From contig NC_133619.1 of NCBI RefSeq assembly GCF_048593235.1, forward strand, positions 637,772,558 through 637,836,557: a DNA stretch of 64,000 bases, given 5' to 3'. Under the pieces are notes generated by a model. That model was not told the origin of the DNA, ran no database searches, and worked only from the letters and a program-made list of their open reading frames with translations. How positions within the stretch are numbered: the stretch's first letter is position 1; each line of letters begins with the position of its first letter. The translations under genes were made by a program, and so were the position numbers. This document shows, one piece after another, positions 34,826 to 48,064 of the stretch. The stretch comes from Sminthopsis crassicaudata. Lineage: Eukaryota.

Positions 34826-35389
34826 TGTGAGGGATGTAGAAGACTCTTATCCAAAATGATTACTCAGAAATCACTCAGTAGAAGGCAGAAAAGTTGTTTA
34901 TTGAAAACCTCCAGAGGATGACCCGTCCCATCAAGAGATAAGAAAAAGAAAGCTCAAGGTAAGAGGGCTAAAGAAGTAGTAAAGATACATAGCTTTTCGA
35001 CAAGAAATTACATCACAAGGAAGAGAGCATTGAGAAGGGGAGGAGGAGGCATCTAATTGGTTATTGCTATTTGGAGAGATTGGAACGGAAGGTTTCTCTT
35101 TCCTAAAAAACTCCTGATTTCTAGAAAATAGAAAATTAGTCCTTCAGGCTCAATCAAGCAGATAGTAGTCCAGCTAATAGACTAAGTATCGATAAATGTC
35201 AAATTCTGATAAATGTCATCAGCTCAGCTTAAGTAAATACGGTTATAGCTGGCCAAGGCTCAAGTAAATATGGGCCTGCACATATTATACAGGTCATAGG
35301 GGAAACACAGAAATAATGAAAATGAAATACAGAAAAAGAATTCACATATTCTTGTAAGTTCTTCACCTTATCTTGCTCTATTCCCCACA
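34826..35389 (-). mobile_element. Solo LTR, unit 2 copy
   Basis: Duplicate of 7785-8348 with the same TG...CA termini and cttgc/tttgc TSD. Confidence 0.8.
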
Positions 35390-38300
35390 TTTGCCATCTA
35401 GGGGAGGGGGTAAAGAAAAGGAAGGGAAGAAAATTTGAAACACGAGTTTTTGCAAGGGTAAATGTTGAAAATCATCTATGCATATGTTTTGCAAATAAAA
35501 GTTTTAATAACAAAAGAAAATAATTAAAAACATACATGCATAATTAGTATTAATATTCACCCTTGCAAAATGCAAAGATAACTTTCAACATTCACGTCTG
35601 TAAAATTTTGTCCAAATTTTTCTTCCTGTCTTCCCCTCTCTCCCGACCCAAGAGAGTAAGCAATCTGATACAGATTAAACATGAGCAATTTTCTAAACAT
35701 ATTTCCACATTTTTCATCTTTTCCAAGAAAAAACAGATAAAAAGGTAAAAAAAAAAAAATGAGAAAAAACAAGGAAACAAACAATAATAACAACAAAAAG
35801 ATGAAAATAATCTCCTTTCATTCATATTCAGTCTTCATAGTTCTCTCTCTGGACGCACATGGTATTTTCTATCCCAAGTCTATTGGAATTGCCTGGAATC
35901 TGCGCATTATTTAGAAGAGCCAAATCCAGGACAGTTGACCATGACATAATCTTGTTGTTACTGTGTGCAGTGTTACTCCAGTTCTGCTCATTTCCCTTAG
36001 AATCAGTTCATAAGTCTTTCCAGATCAAATACTATTCAAATCAGATTCTAGCCCCTGACTCCCCAGGCTCTTTCCAGATTTCTTGCTTGGAGTACCTCCT
36101 GCCCATATTTTTAGCCACTCTCCCCTACTCCACTTTCCCTAGTTGTCTTCCCTCTTTAGAAGAGAAGCTTCCAGAGGGCAGGGACTTCCTTTTATTTTGT
36201 TTATATTTAGCACTAGGTCTGACACCTAGTAAACACTTAATAAATGTTATTTCCCCCCTAGCTATTGCTTTTTCTTTTAGTAATTTGGATTTTTTTCATA
36301 TCTCTGTTGATAACTTGGTTTCTTTCCTTTGAGAACTGCCTGTTCATATCAATGGGCCACTTCTTAATAGGGGAAGAAATTCACCATTTTTCTTTACAAT
36401 ACTGTTCAGGATATACAATGATTCTTTTTGGAAAAAAAATAGATTGGTAACTTTTGTTTTAATATCACTTATGTTTTCCCATGTACCTTTCATCCTGTCC
36501 TTTCCAGAGAGTCATATATGAACATTTTTTTTTAAGAGAAAGGAAAAAAATCAAAAGTGATTATGGAATCACTTGAAAAATCTGACTGTGCAAGCATTGC
36601 TCTACACCCTTGGCCTCCCAGGCTTGTTCTTTGCAATGCTGGACTATTTTTTCATGATTGTGGCAGTTCTTTTCATTTACTCTGTGTTGTCAACCCAACA
36701 GGCCCTTTTAAGCTGCTCTGTCAGGCAGTGTACTAAGCACTGGGGATACAAAGAAAAACAAAAGACAGTCCTTCAAGGATCTCACAGTCTACTGACTATA
36801 GGGAACAAGAAGCAAATGACCAGCTAAAAATAAGCTAGTCACAAGTTGAATTAAAGATAATCAACAGAAGAAAAGCACCTGGTTTTAAGGAAAGGCTCCT
36901 TAGAGAAAGTGAGATTTTAGCTTTGACTTGAAGGAAGCCAGTCAAGCCAAGAAGCAGAGATGAGGAGGTAGAAAGTTCCAGACATGGGGAAGGATGCCCA
37001 ATGAAAATGCCAGAGAACATAGATTACCTGCTTGAAAGAAGAGCAAGGAAAACTGTCAGTGGAAAACAAAGCAAAGGGAAGGGAGAAATATGTAGTAAGT
37101 CTAGAAAGGGAAGCAGACACCAGGTTAGGAAAGCCTTCAAACAGAGGATTTTATCATTGATCCTGGAGAAAACAGGAAACCTCAGATTCATTGTCCTTTA
37201 GTATATTTTTTCCTTGACTCTGCTTGTTTTAGTCTGCCTCCATTCATTTAAGTTATAAGGCAGTTAAAGTCCATTATATTCATGTACCATATTGTATTTA
37301 GCCATTCCATGATTAATGGGCAGGGACAGTTGGGTAGGGAAGCAGATAGAATATTTGGTTTGGAATCAGGAAGACTCATCATAAATTCATTTGAAATACC
37401 TACTGGCTGTGTGACCTCAAACAAGTCATTTACCTTGTTTGCCTTGTTTGCCTTTGTTCGTCTATAAAATGATCTGGAAAAGGAAATGGCAAACTGATAT
37501 CTTTGCCAAGAAAAAAAAAAAAAACGCAAAATAGGGTCACAGAGAGTCAGAATGAAACATTTAACAAAAGTCAATGGACATTTATTTTGTTTCCAGTTAT
37601 TTTTTACTACCAAAAAAAGTGAAAAGTAGCTGGATGGTATAGTAGTTAAAGTATGGTTCTTGGAGTCAGTAGGACCTGAGTTCAAATGTGACCAGACACT
37701 TAACACTTCCTAGCTATGTGACCCTAGGTAAGTCACTTAACCCTAACTTTTTCAAGAAAAAAAAAAAAGATGTAATATTTTGGTGTATATAAATCCTTAT
37801 TTCATATCAATGAAATCTCTGGGGTATATGTCTAGCAATGGACTCTGGGTCAAAGAGCATGGACTAAAAGCTAAAAAGCTTAATTTGCATAAAACACAGT
37901 TGCTCTTTTAAATGGTTGTACTAATTCACAACTCCACCAACAATGCATTTATGTACTATCTAATACTTGTCCAAAAACTGACTTTTTCCAGTTGTTGTCA
38001 TCTTTGACAGATCTCTGGAGAGGAAGTAAAACCTCAGAGTTGTTTTGAATTGCCTTCTACTTAAATAGTGATTTGAGGAATTTTCTTATGTGATTGTATT
38101 TATTTGTAATTTTTCTTCTGAGAACTGTGCACTGTTCTAAGAACTTTTGACCATGTATCTGTTGGAGAACTGTCTATTAAAGTTAAGTACACTGGTGGGG
38201 GTTGGTGAGCTATAGTTTTTGAAGAGCAAATCCATAGGCAGTTCTGTGAATCTGAAGTAGTAGCCACTTCCTTCTCCACCTTCCAACTTTTATTCCCAGC

Positions 38301-40340
38301 CTGAGATCTATCCTGATACCTGCAAGTACCAAATTGGGAAGAATCAACTAAAGAAGTGTAGATTCCATAGAAAGGAGATTACTGTGACATTTTTACTTTC
38401 TCGGGATGATGTCTACACAACAGGGTAGTAGCACAAGTCTTGAGGAGATTGGGTGACCCTGAAAACAACATCAAATTCAGATCTTTTCCATTAAGAGATG
38501 TTGGGTTTTCTCTTTCTGCACTGGTTTATTTAGCATTTTATGTGTGTTTTCTACATGATCAAATAAAAGTCACCTCATCCCTACAGTTCATATTATACAT
38601 TAAATATCTGTATGAGTTGGGGACTGTATACATTTAGAGAAACTGAGTCATGGGCTATGATTTATTTTGGAGTCTTTCCTGGATTAATTCCAGGAATGTG
38701 TGTGGGGAAGATTAAAGAAAAGAAAGTGAATTCTTTGGAGTTCTTCAGAATAGGAATATTTCATGTGAGTTTATAATTTTCATGGGGGAGTGAGGAAAGG
38801 GTTCACATGTTACAAATACACATGAAGATTAAATTATTTAAAATTAGGAAAAGATATAATGGGCAATTAAAGTAGTTTCCTCAATTTGAGTTATTGACAT
38901 CCCCAAATAGAAAATGGATGAAGGAACAGATATTGACTCAGATAATAACAGTTTCTTACAGAAGTTTAGCCTCTGTAAATCAAAGGAGTCTATAAACCAC
39001 TTGAGTCCATCTCATTGTCTGATCTATTTGCCAAGTAGAGAGATGTAGTAGCTAAGGGCAGTGCCAATTTTACAATAGAAAAGTGTAAAATGGTAAGGAA
39101 GAGTTTGAACAGTATCAATTCAGCAAAGCAAAGAAATTTCAAGAAAGCTTGGCAAGATATTGGCAACTAAAAACATTCATCCTGAGGACATTTAAAGATA
39201 AAAGTGGAAGATAACAAAAGATTAAAGTTGAGAGAGAGGTACATATTTTCATGTAACACTTATTGACTGTGTGTGACACTTGGTGAGTACTCCATGTGTC
39301 AACTGGGCCACAGCAGCTAGGTAAGAAGTCTAAGTCATCAATTTTAGTGTCATCATCCTGTGAAACCCCCATCAAATCAGTATCCCTTGATTCATCGGGG
39401 GAAGGGAGAGGACAGCATATTTGAATGGTCCACCAGATGGTGCTATATTCAAGTCACCAACCAAGTGGTCTCATCAGGGTCTCTTTGGCACCAAGCCTCC
39501 CCTACTGCACCAAGCAGTCTGGCTCTAAACAAATGGGCAAGTAAGCCAAAACAAAACTTGACCAAAAGTTGGATCTATTCTGAATAGATTCTGAATTTAA
39601 ATTAGAGAATTATGAAATATTAAAACATTAAAATCTGAAATCATTGGTCTTCACAGAACTCAAAGTCCTCCAACCCTTCTCCTGGACTTTAGTTTATCAG
39701 CTGAAACATCCTCTTTTCTCTCAATTCATAACACTATGGCCACATAACAAAAAATGTAGGGAAAAGGATTCAGAGTGCTGTCTTGATTTTAACCCCATTT
39801 AGATTCCCAAACTTTCTTTTCATTGCCTTTATTGCCTTTTTTTTTTTTTTTTGAGTTGTCAGAGGGATAATTTCAAAAAACTTGTATTCTGATCCTGCAG
39901 GTCATGGGAAAGACCAAGTATGTATTTGTGGGAAATATTGGGGAGGGAAGTTGTATGTCTGAGACCCCACTTCCTCAACAGAACTATGATTAGTGGAAGA
40001 TGGGGAAAGAGAGGTTGGTAGATGGGTGTTGGTATCTCTTTCCCGACCAAAGGGATTTTCAAAAGTTGAACCTTCTAGCCACTAGTCTGTCATTACCATG
40101 GGTCTTGATTATTCCAACTGCTGTAGTTGTCTAATTTGGTGGGCCCAGTTCTCCCAGGACAGCCCTGATTATAGCAAGTCCCTTCAACCTGCCCCTCTCC
40201 CCACATCTTCAAAGGGTATCAGGAAATATCTCTTGAGATCAAAGGGGAACACAAGGGAGAAAATCAATTTTATGCCAAAGCAACAGTCTCTCTTCCTTTC
40301 TCCAATGTTAGGCTTGCCCTCTTGTCATGGAGATCTAATT

Positions 40341-43300
40341 TTTTTTTTCTTTTTTTTTATTTATTTAATTTAATTTTTAAAAATTTTTAAATTTTATAAT
40401 TATAAAATTTTTGACAGTAAAAATGCATGAGTAATTTTTTATAACATTATCCTTTGTATTAATTTTTCCAAATTTTCCCCTCCCTCCCTCTACTTTTTTT
40501 TTTTTTCATTTTTATTTTATAATTATAACATTTTTTTGACAGTACATATGCATGGGTAATTTTTTACAACATTATCCCTTGCACTTACTTCTATTCAGAT
40601 TTTTTCCCTTCCTCCCCCAACCCCCTCCCCCAGATGGCAATCAGTCTTATATATGTTAAATATATTACAGTATATTCTAGATACAATATATGTGTGTAGA
40701 ACCGAATTTCTTGTTGCACAGGAAGAATTGGATTCAGAAGGTAAAAATAACAGTTTACATTCATTTCCCAGTGTTCCTTTCCCGGATGTAGCTGGTTCTG
40801 TCCATCATTAATCAATTGGAATTGGATTAGCTCTTCTCTATGTTGAAGAAATCCACTTCCATCAGCATACATCCTCGTACAGTATCATTGTTGAAGTGTA
40901 TAATGATCTTCTGGTTCTGCTCGTTTCACTCAGCATCAGTTGATGTAAGTCTCTCCAAGCCTCTCTGTATTTCTCCTGTTGGTCATTTCTTATAGAACAA
41001 TAATATTCCATAACATTCATATACCATAGTTTACCCAACCATTCTCCAATTGATGGACATCCATTCATCTTCCAGCTTCTAGCCACTATGAAAAGGGCTG
41101 CCACAAACATTTTGGCACATACAGGTCCCTTTCCCTTCTTTAGTAGTTCCTTGGGGTATAAGCCCAGTAGTAGTATGGCTGGGTCAAAGGGTATGCACAT
41201 TTTGATAACTTTTTGAGCATAATTCCAGATTGCTCTCCAGAATGGTTGGATTCTTTCACAACTCCACCAACAATGCATCAGTGTCCCAGTGTTCCCACAG
41301 CCCCTCCAACATTCATCATTATTTGTTCCTGTCATCTCAGCCAATCTGACAGGTGTGTAATGATACCTCAGAGTTATCTTAATTTGCATTTCTCTGATCA
41401 ATAGTGATTTGGAACACTCTTTCATATGAGTGGAAATAGTTTTAATTTCATCATCTGAAAATTGTCTGTTCATATCCTTTGACCATTTATCAATTGGAGA
41501 ATGGCTTGATTTCTTATAAATTAAAGTTAATTCTCTGTATATTTTGGAGATGAGGCCTTTATCAGAACCTTTAACTGTAAAAAATTTTTCCCAATTTGTT
41601 ACTTCCCTTCTAATCTTGTTTGCATTAGTTTTGTTTGTGCAGAAACTTTTTAATTTGGTGTAATCAAAATGTTCTATTTTGTGATCAATAATGGTCTCTA
41701 GTTCTCCCTTGGACACAAACTCCTTCCTCCTCCACAAGTCTGAGAGGTAAACCATCCCATGTTCCTCCAATTTATTTATGATTTCGTTTTTTATGCCTAA
41801 ATCTTGGACCCATTTTGATCTAATCTTAGTATGTGGTGTTAAATGTGGGTCCATGCCTAGTTTCTGCCATACTAATTTCCAGTTTTCCCAGCAGTTTTTG
41901 TCAAATAATGAATTCTTATCCCAAAATTTGGGATCTTTGGGTTTGTCAAAGATTAGATTGCTATTTTTATTCACTATCTTGCCCTGTGAACCTAACCTAT
42001 GCCACTGATCAACTAGTCTATTTCTTAGCCAATACCAAATGGTTCTGGTGACTGTTGCTTTATAATATAGCTTTAAATCAGGTACACTTAGACCACCTTC
42101 CTCTGGCTTTTTTTTCATTAGTTCCCTTGCAATTCTCGACCTTTTATTCTTCCATATGAATTTTGTTGTTGTTTTTTCTAGGTCATTAAAATAGTTTCTT
42201 GGGAGTCTGATTGGTATAGCACTAAATAAATAGATTAGTTTGGGGAGTATTGTCATCTTTATTATATTCTCTCGGCCTATCCAAGAACACTGAATGTCTT
42301 TCCAATTATTTAAATCTGACTTTATTTTTGTGGCAAGTGTTTTGTAATTTTGCTCATATAATTCCTGACTCTCCTTTGGTAGATATATTCCCAAATATTT
42401 TATACTATCGACTGTTATTTTGAATGGAATTTCTCTTTGTATCTCTTGCTGTTGGATTGTGTTGGTAATGTATAAAAATCCTGAGGATTTATGTGGATTT
42501 ATTTTGTATCCTGCGACTTTGCTAAAATTCTGAATTATTTCTAATAGCTTTTTAGCAGAGTCTTTGGGGTTCTCTAAGTATACCATCATGTCATCTGCGA
42601 AAAGTGACAATTTGATTTCTTCATTTCCTACTCTAATTCCTTGAATCTCTTTCTCGGCTCTTATTGCCGAAGCTAGAGTTTCTAGTACTATATTGAATAG
42701 TAATGGTGATAGTGGGCAACCTTGTTTCACTCCTGATCTTACAGGGAAAGGTTCTAGTTTATCACCATTACATATGATGTTTACTGAAGGTTTTAAATAT
42801 ATGCTCCTTATTATTTTAAGGAATAGTCCATTTATTCCTATACTCTCAAGCGTTTTTAGTAGGAATGGATGTTGGATTTTATCAAATGCCTTTTCTGCAT
42901 CTATTGAGATGATCATATGGTTTTTATTAATTTGATTATTAATATGGTCAATTATATTAATAGTTTTCCTAATATTAAACCAGCCCTGCATTCCTGGTAT
43001 AAATCCCACTTGGTCATAGTGCATTATCCTGGGGATGATTTTCTGAAGTCTATTTGCTAATATCTTATTTAAGATTTTAGCATCAATATTCATTAAGGAA
43101 ATTGGTCTATAGTTTTCTTTCTCAGTTTTTGATCTACCTGGTTTAGGTATCAGTACCATGTCTGTGTCATAGAAGGAATTTGGTAGGACTCCTTCAATCC
43201 CTATTTTTTCAAATAGTTTACATAGCATTGGAGTTAGTTGTTCTTTAAATGTTTGGTAGAATTCACCTGTAAATCCATCTGGTCCTGGGGACTTTTTCTT

Positions 43301-45389
43301 AGGAAGTTGGTTAATAGCTTGGTCTATTTCTTTTTCTGAGATGGGACTATTTAGACTACTTACTTCTTCCTCTGTTAATCTGGGCAAGCTATATTTTTGG
43401 AGGTATTCTTCCATTTCATTTAAGTTATCGAATTTATCGGCATAAAGTTGAGCAAAGTAGCTCCTAACTATTGTTCTAATTTCCTCTTCATTAGTGGTGA
43501 GTTCACCCTTTTCATTTTCAAGACTATCAATTTGCTTTTTCTCTTTCCTTTTTTTAATCAGGTTTACTAAGGGTTTGTCTATTTTGTTGGTTTTTTCATA
43601 AAACCAACTCTTAGTTTTATTAATTAATTCAATAGTTTTTTTACTTTCAATTTTATTAATCTCACCTTTTATTTTTTGAATTTCAAGTTTTGTGTTTGTC
43701 TGGGGGATTTTAATTTGTTCCTTTTCTAGCAATTTTAGTTGTAAGCCCAGTTCGTTGGCCCTCTCTTTCTCTATTTTATGCAAGTAGGCCTGTAGAGATA
43801 TAAAACTTCCCCTTATTACTGCTTTGGCTGTATCCCACACATTTTGGTATGATGTCTCATTATTGTCATTTTCTTGGGTGAAGTTATTAATTATGTCTAT
43901 GATTTGCTGTTTTACCCAATCATTCTTTAGTATAAGATTATTTAGTTTCCAATTATTTTTTGGTCTATTTTCCCCTGGCTTTTTATTAAATGTTATTTTG
44001 ATTGCATTATGGTCTGAAAAGGATGCATTTACTATTTCTGCCTTGCTGCATTTGATTTTGAGGTTTTTATGCCCTAGTATATGATCAATTTTTGTATAGG
44101 TTCCATGAACTGCTGAGAAGAAAGTATATTCCTTTCTGTCTCCATTTAGCTTTCGCCAAAGATCTATCATATCAAACTTTTCTAGTATTCTATTTACCTC
44201 TTTGACTTCTTTCTTATTTATTTTGTGGTTTGATTTATCTAATTCTGAGAGTGCAAGGTTGAGATCTCCTGCTATTATAGTTTTGCTATCTATTTCCTCT
44301 TGCAGCTCTCTTAATTTCTCTTTTAAGAATTTAGATGCTGCACCACTTGGTGCATACATGTTTAATATTGATACTGCTTCACTATTGATGCTGCCCTTTA
44401 GCAGGATATAATGCCCTTCCTTATCTCTTTTAATTAGATCGATTTTTGTTTTTGCTTGATCTGAGATGAGGATGGTTACTCCTGCTTTTTTTGCTTTTGC
44501 CTGAAGCATAATAGATTCTGCTCCACCCTTTTACTTTTAGTTTGAATGTCTCACCCTGTTTCAGGTGTGTTTCCTGTAAACAACATATAGTAGGACTCTG
44601 ACTTTTAATCCAGTCTGCTAACTGCTTCCTCTTTATGAGGCAGTTTGCCCCATTCACATTTATGGTTAGAAGGACTAATTCTATATTGCTTGCCATCCTA
44701 TTAACCCCTGCTTATGCTTTTCCCCTTTCCTTCCCTTTTACCCTCCTATCCAGTATTAAACTGGTGAACACCACTTGCTTTTCACAGCCCTCCCTTTTTA
44801 GGATCCCTCCCCCACCTTAAAGATCCTCCCCTTATTTTACCCCTTTTCCTCGAAATTACTGTATTCCCTTGCCCTTAGCTTACTCCTTCCCTTTCACTTT
44901 TCAATGAAGTGGAAGAAGTTTCACCATAAATCGAATATGTCTATTGATACACGCTATGTTCATCTCCCTCCTTTCTTTCTCTCAGATATAATAGGTTACC
45001 TTTGCCTCTTCATGAGATGTAGTACCACCACTTTACACTTTTTTATGATATAATCTCCTTTCCACCTCTAGTTGCTAAGACAAATTGTACATATGTTCTT
45101 TACATATTTTTTTGACAGAAGTATAGTTCTCAAGATTTCTTTTTACCTTTTTAGAAATCTCTTGAGTTCTGTATTTGAAGATCAAACCTTTTATGTAGGT
45201 CTGGTTTTTTCATCAAAAATAGATGGAATTCATTTATTTCGTTAAATGTCCATCTTCTTCCCTGGAAAACGATGCTCATTCTTGCTGGGTAAGTTATTCT
45301 TGGCTGCATACCAAGTTCCTTAGCCTTTCGGAATATCATGATCCAGGCCCTTCGTTCTTTTAATGTGGACGCTGCTAGATCCTGGGTTA
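40341..45389 (-). mobile_element. 5'-truncated young LINE-1, unit 2 copy
   Basis: TSD at 40327-40340 and 45390-45403. Duplicate of the unit 1 L1 but without the RT-domain lesion. Confidence 0.97.
40862..44696 (-). pseudogene. L1 ORF2, intact except for one +1 frameshift near the N-terminus
   Basis: A 1215-aa open frame runs 44509-40862, and the N-terminal endonuclease part (from 44696) is in another frame. One extra A in the run at 44495-44498 breaks YYASG-KAKKAGV. Confidence 0.92.
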
Positions 45390-46741
45390 ATGGAGCTCTA
45401 ATTCAACAATATATTATCCCACAGCACTGTGATGATGTTTCTCCACACTCATGGGGATGTTGTTGATGAGCAAAGCTCCTCCCTCTTTTCCATCCTCAAA
45501 CAGTCAAACCCAAAGGCACTGTGTGGGCCACAGGTTAAATCTTTTCACTCTCAAGGATAGTAGAGATGCCATATCTGGACTCTAACAACATAGGCCCAGA
45601 TGTGCTAAAAGAGGGGAAGATATTTGGCTAAAGAGTCACTGGGTAGAGGGACAGCTCAATGGCAGTAGATAGAGCACCGGCCCTGAAGTGAGGATGACCT
45701 GAGTTAAAATCCAGCCTCAGACACTTATCACTTCCTAATTGACTCAAGTCAATTAATACCAAATGTAACTCCTGTGGACTGTGTGTGACACTTCGTGAGT
45801 GTGCCATGTGTCACCTGGATCACAGCAGCTGTGTAAGAAGTCTAAGTCATCAATTTTAGTGTCATCATCCTGAAAACCCCCAGAAAATCAGTGTCCCTTG
45901 ATTCATTGGGGGGGAGGGGAGAGGGAGGATCCAGCCTCAGACACTTACCACTTCCTACTTGTGTGGGCAAGTCAATTAATACCAAATGCCTCTGTAAAAA
46001 GGGAAAAGTTAATTAAGAATCTTGGGTAAAGCAGAGGAAAGATGTGGAGGAAATTGATAGGTTAAGAAAAGGGAGAAGGAGGAAGTTGAGAGTGAAAGAT
46101 TGGAAAGGAGACAGAGGAAAAAGAGAGAGATGCGCTGGAGGAGGAGGAGTGGCAGAGACAGATCCAAGGGAGAAAGTAGGGGGGGGGGAAAGTGGGGGTG
46201 ATGGGTACCGGGGAGGCGGTGTGTCCTCTTAGAGCAGCCAGCTGGATGCTGGGGTTGGGAGAGCCAGTCAAGTTATAACTCCCAGGTGCTGGAATCCCAT
46301 TGCCCACCCCTGCCCCTTATCTCTTCCTGGCCAGGTTTTCCCCTTCCCACAAGGGAAGAAAGAAGGGGCGAAAAAAAGGAGGGGATGTGTGGACAGGGAC
46401 AGGCTGGAGGTCTGAAAGGGGAGATGAGCCGGAAAGAGGCCAGGAGAAGGGAAGGTGCGCCCCAACCTGAGCGAGCGCAGGAGCTGCTGCTTTTGTGGAA
46501 CCACTGGCTACAAGAGCCGCTTGCTGTCAGTCTGCCTTGGGCTGGACCTTGCTCTTTCAGTTTTCCTTTCCTGGTACCCGCCCTTCTTACCTGCAGACAC
46601 CTGGCCCCGCCCCTTTCGCAGCGGGATTTTTGGAATCTGTTTCCACTTTTCATACATCAGGGGAATCTCCGGCTCGGCCGCTTAAAACTGCAGGGATGAA
46701 GCGGTCTCCTGCATCACTTGCCACCTCCCTTCTCCAAGGCC

Positions 46742-48064
46742 ATGAGGACTCCGCAGACTCTCTCGCTGCTGCTTTGTGCCCTGATGTCAGGGGCGATTTC
46801 GAAGTCCCTGGCCCCGACTCCCAGCAGCCTTCCCCCCGAGAGGAGCTGCCAGATCAGCCACTTCAAGTCTCTTTCGCCTCGGGAGCTGGAAACCTTCAAG
46901 GTGGCCCAGAATGCCTACGTGAGTTCCTGGAGTGATTTTTGTACCCCACTCCTCCCATCCCTCACTTCCCGGGGTCTAACCTCGATCTCTTTTACTGGGC
47001 TCTAATACTCATCTCTCGCACTGAGATCTAACCTTCATCCTTCCTTCTTGAGCTGTCGCTTTCTCTGTTCTAACCTCCGTCCTACATCGCAAGGATCTAG
47101 AAGGGTCACAAGCCTTTAACTCCTTCCTCTTCATCCCCCAAAGGAGAAGATCATGATTCAGACGGAGAGGAAATGTAGCTCCCGATTCTTCCACAGAAAC
47201 TGGGACCTTCGGCAGCTGCCGGTAAGAAGGGGCGCTCCCCACCTCTCAGTCCCCCATCGCCTGTCTCCGAAATCTGTAGCCTCCCCATTTCTCTTCCCCC
47301 ATCTGTGGGTCCTCCCCGCCTTCCCCTGTCCCCTTCATTAGCCTCTCCCTCACATCGCCTCTCATCTCTCCCCTCACAGCCGTCCGTCCGGCCCCTGGTC
47401 TTACAGGCTGAGCTGAAATTGACTCTGGACGTCTTGAAAGCCGTAACCAAGCCTGAGCTGGACAGAGTTCTGGCTCAACCCCTACAAACGCTCAGCCACA
47501 TCTACCAAGAGATCCAAAGCTGTGTGAGTACTGGAGGATGGGCGGGGCTCCCCTGGACCAATGGGCATGGAGCTGTTCCCTGTCTCTCAGGCGCCTCTGT
47601 CCCTTGCAGTGAGGCTGAGAGGCTGCAATACCTGGATTCCTCCCTCTCCCCCCACCCATCAAGTACCCGAGTTCCCCTTCTCTTTTATCAAGTCCACCCT
47701 CTCCCTACACAGGTTACTTCCAGGCCCTCTAAGGAACACAGGCCTCCAGGCCGCCTGAAGAATTGGCTGAACAAGCTCAGTGAGGCCAGAAAGGTGAGTC
47801 AGGAAAGCTTCAGATCTACGGAGGGCACCCGGGGATGGAGGGGAGAAGTCAGAGGGGACCCCAGAGCCTGGGCAGCAAGAGACTCTGCCCACCCCACCCC
47901 CACCCCGAGAGAGGAGCAGGACTCAGAATTCCCCAGAGGACCCTTACCCCTGTGTCTCTTCTCTTCAGGAGCCTCACAATTGCCTAGAAGCATCGATCAT
48001 GCTCAATCTCTTCAGACTCCTGACCCAAGACCTCCGATGTGTAGCCTATGGGGACCTCTGTTGA
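46742..48064 (+). CDS. IFNL: Interferon lambda copy 4, 5 exons, 191 aa; same as copy 2 in ORF translations and spot checks
   Basis: Exons 46742-46918, 47144-47221, 47380-47523, 47713-47793 and 47969-48064 (copy 2 + 27050). Confidence 0.96.
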
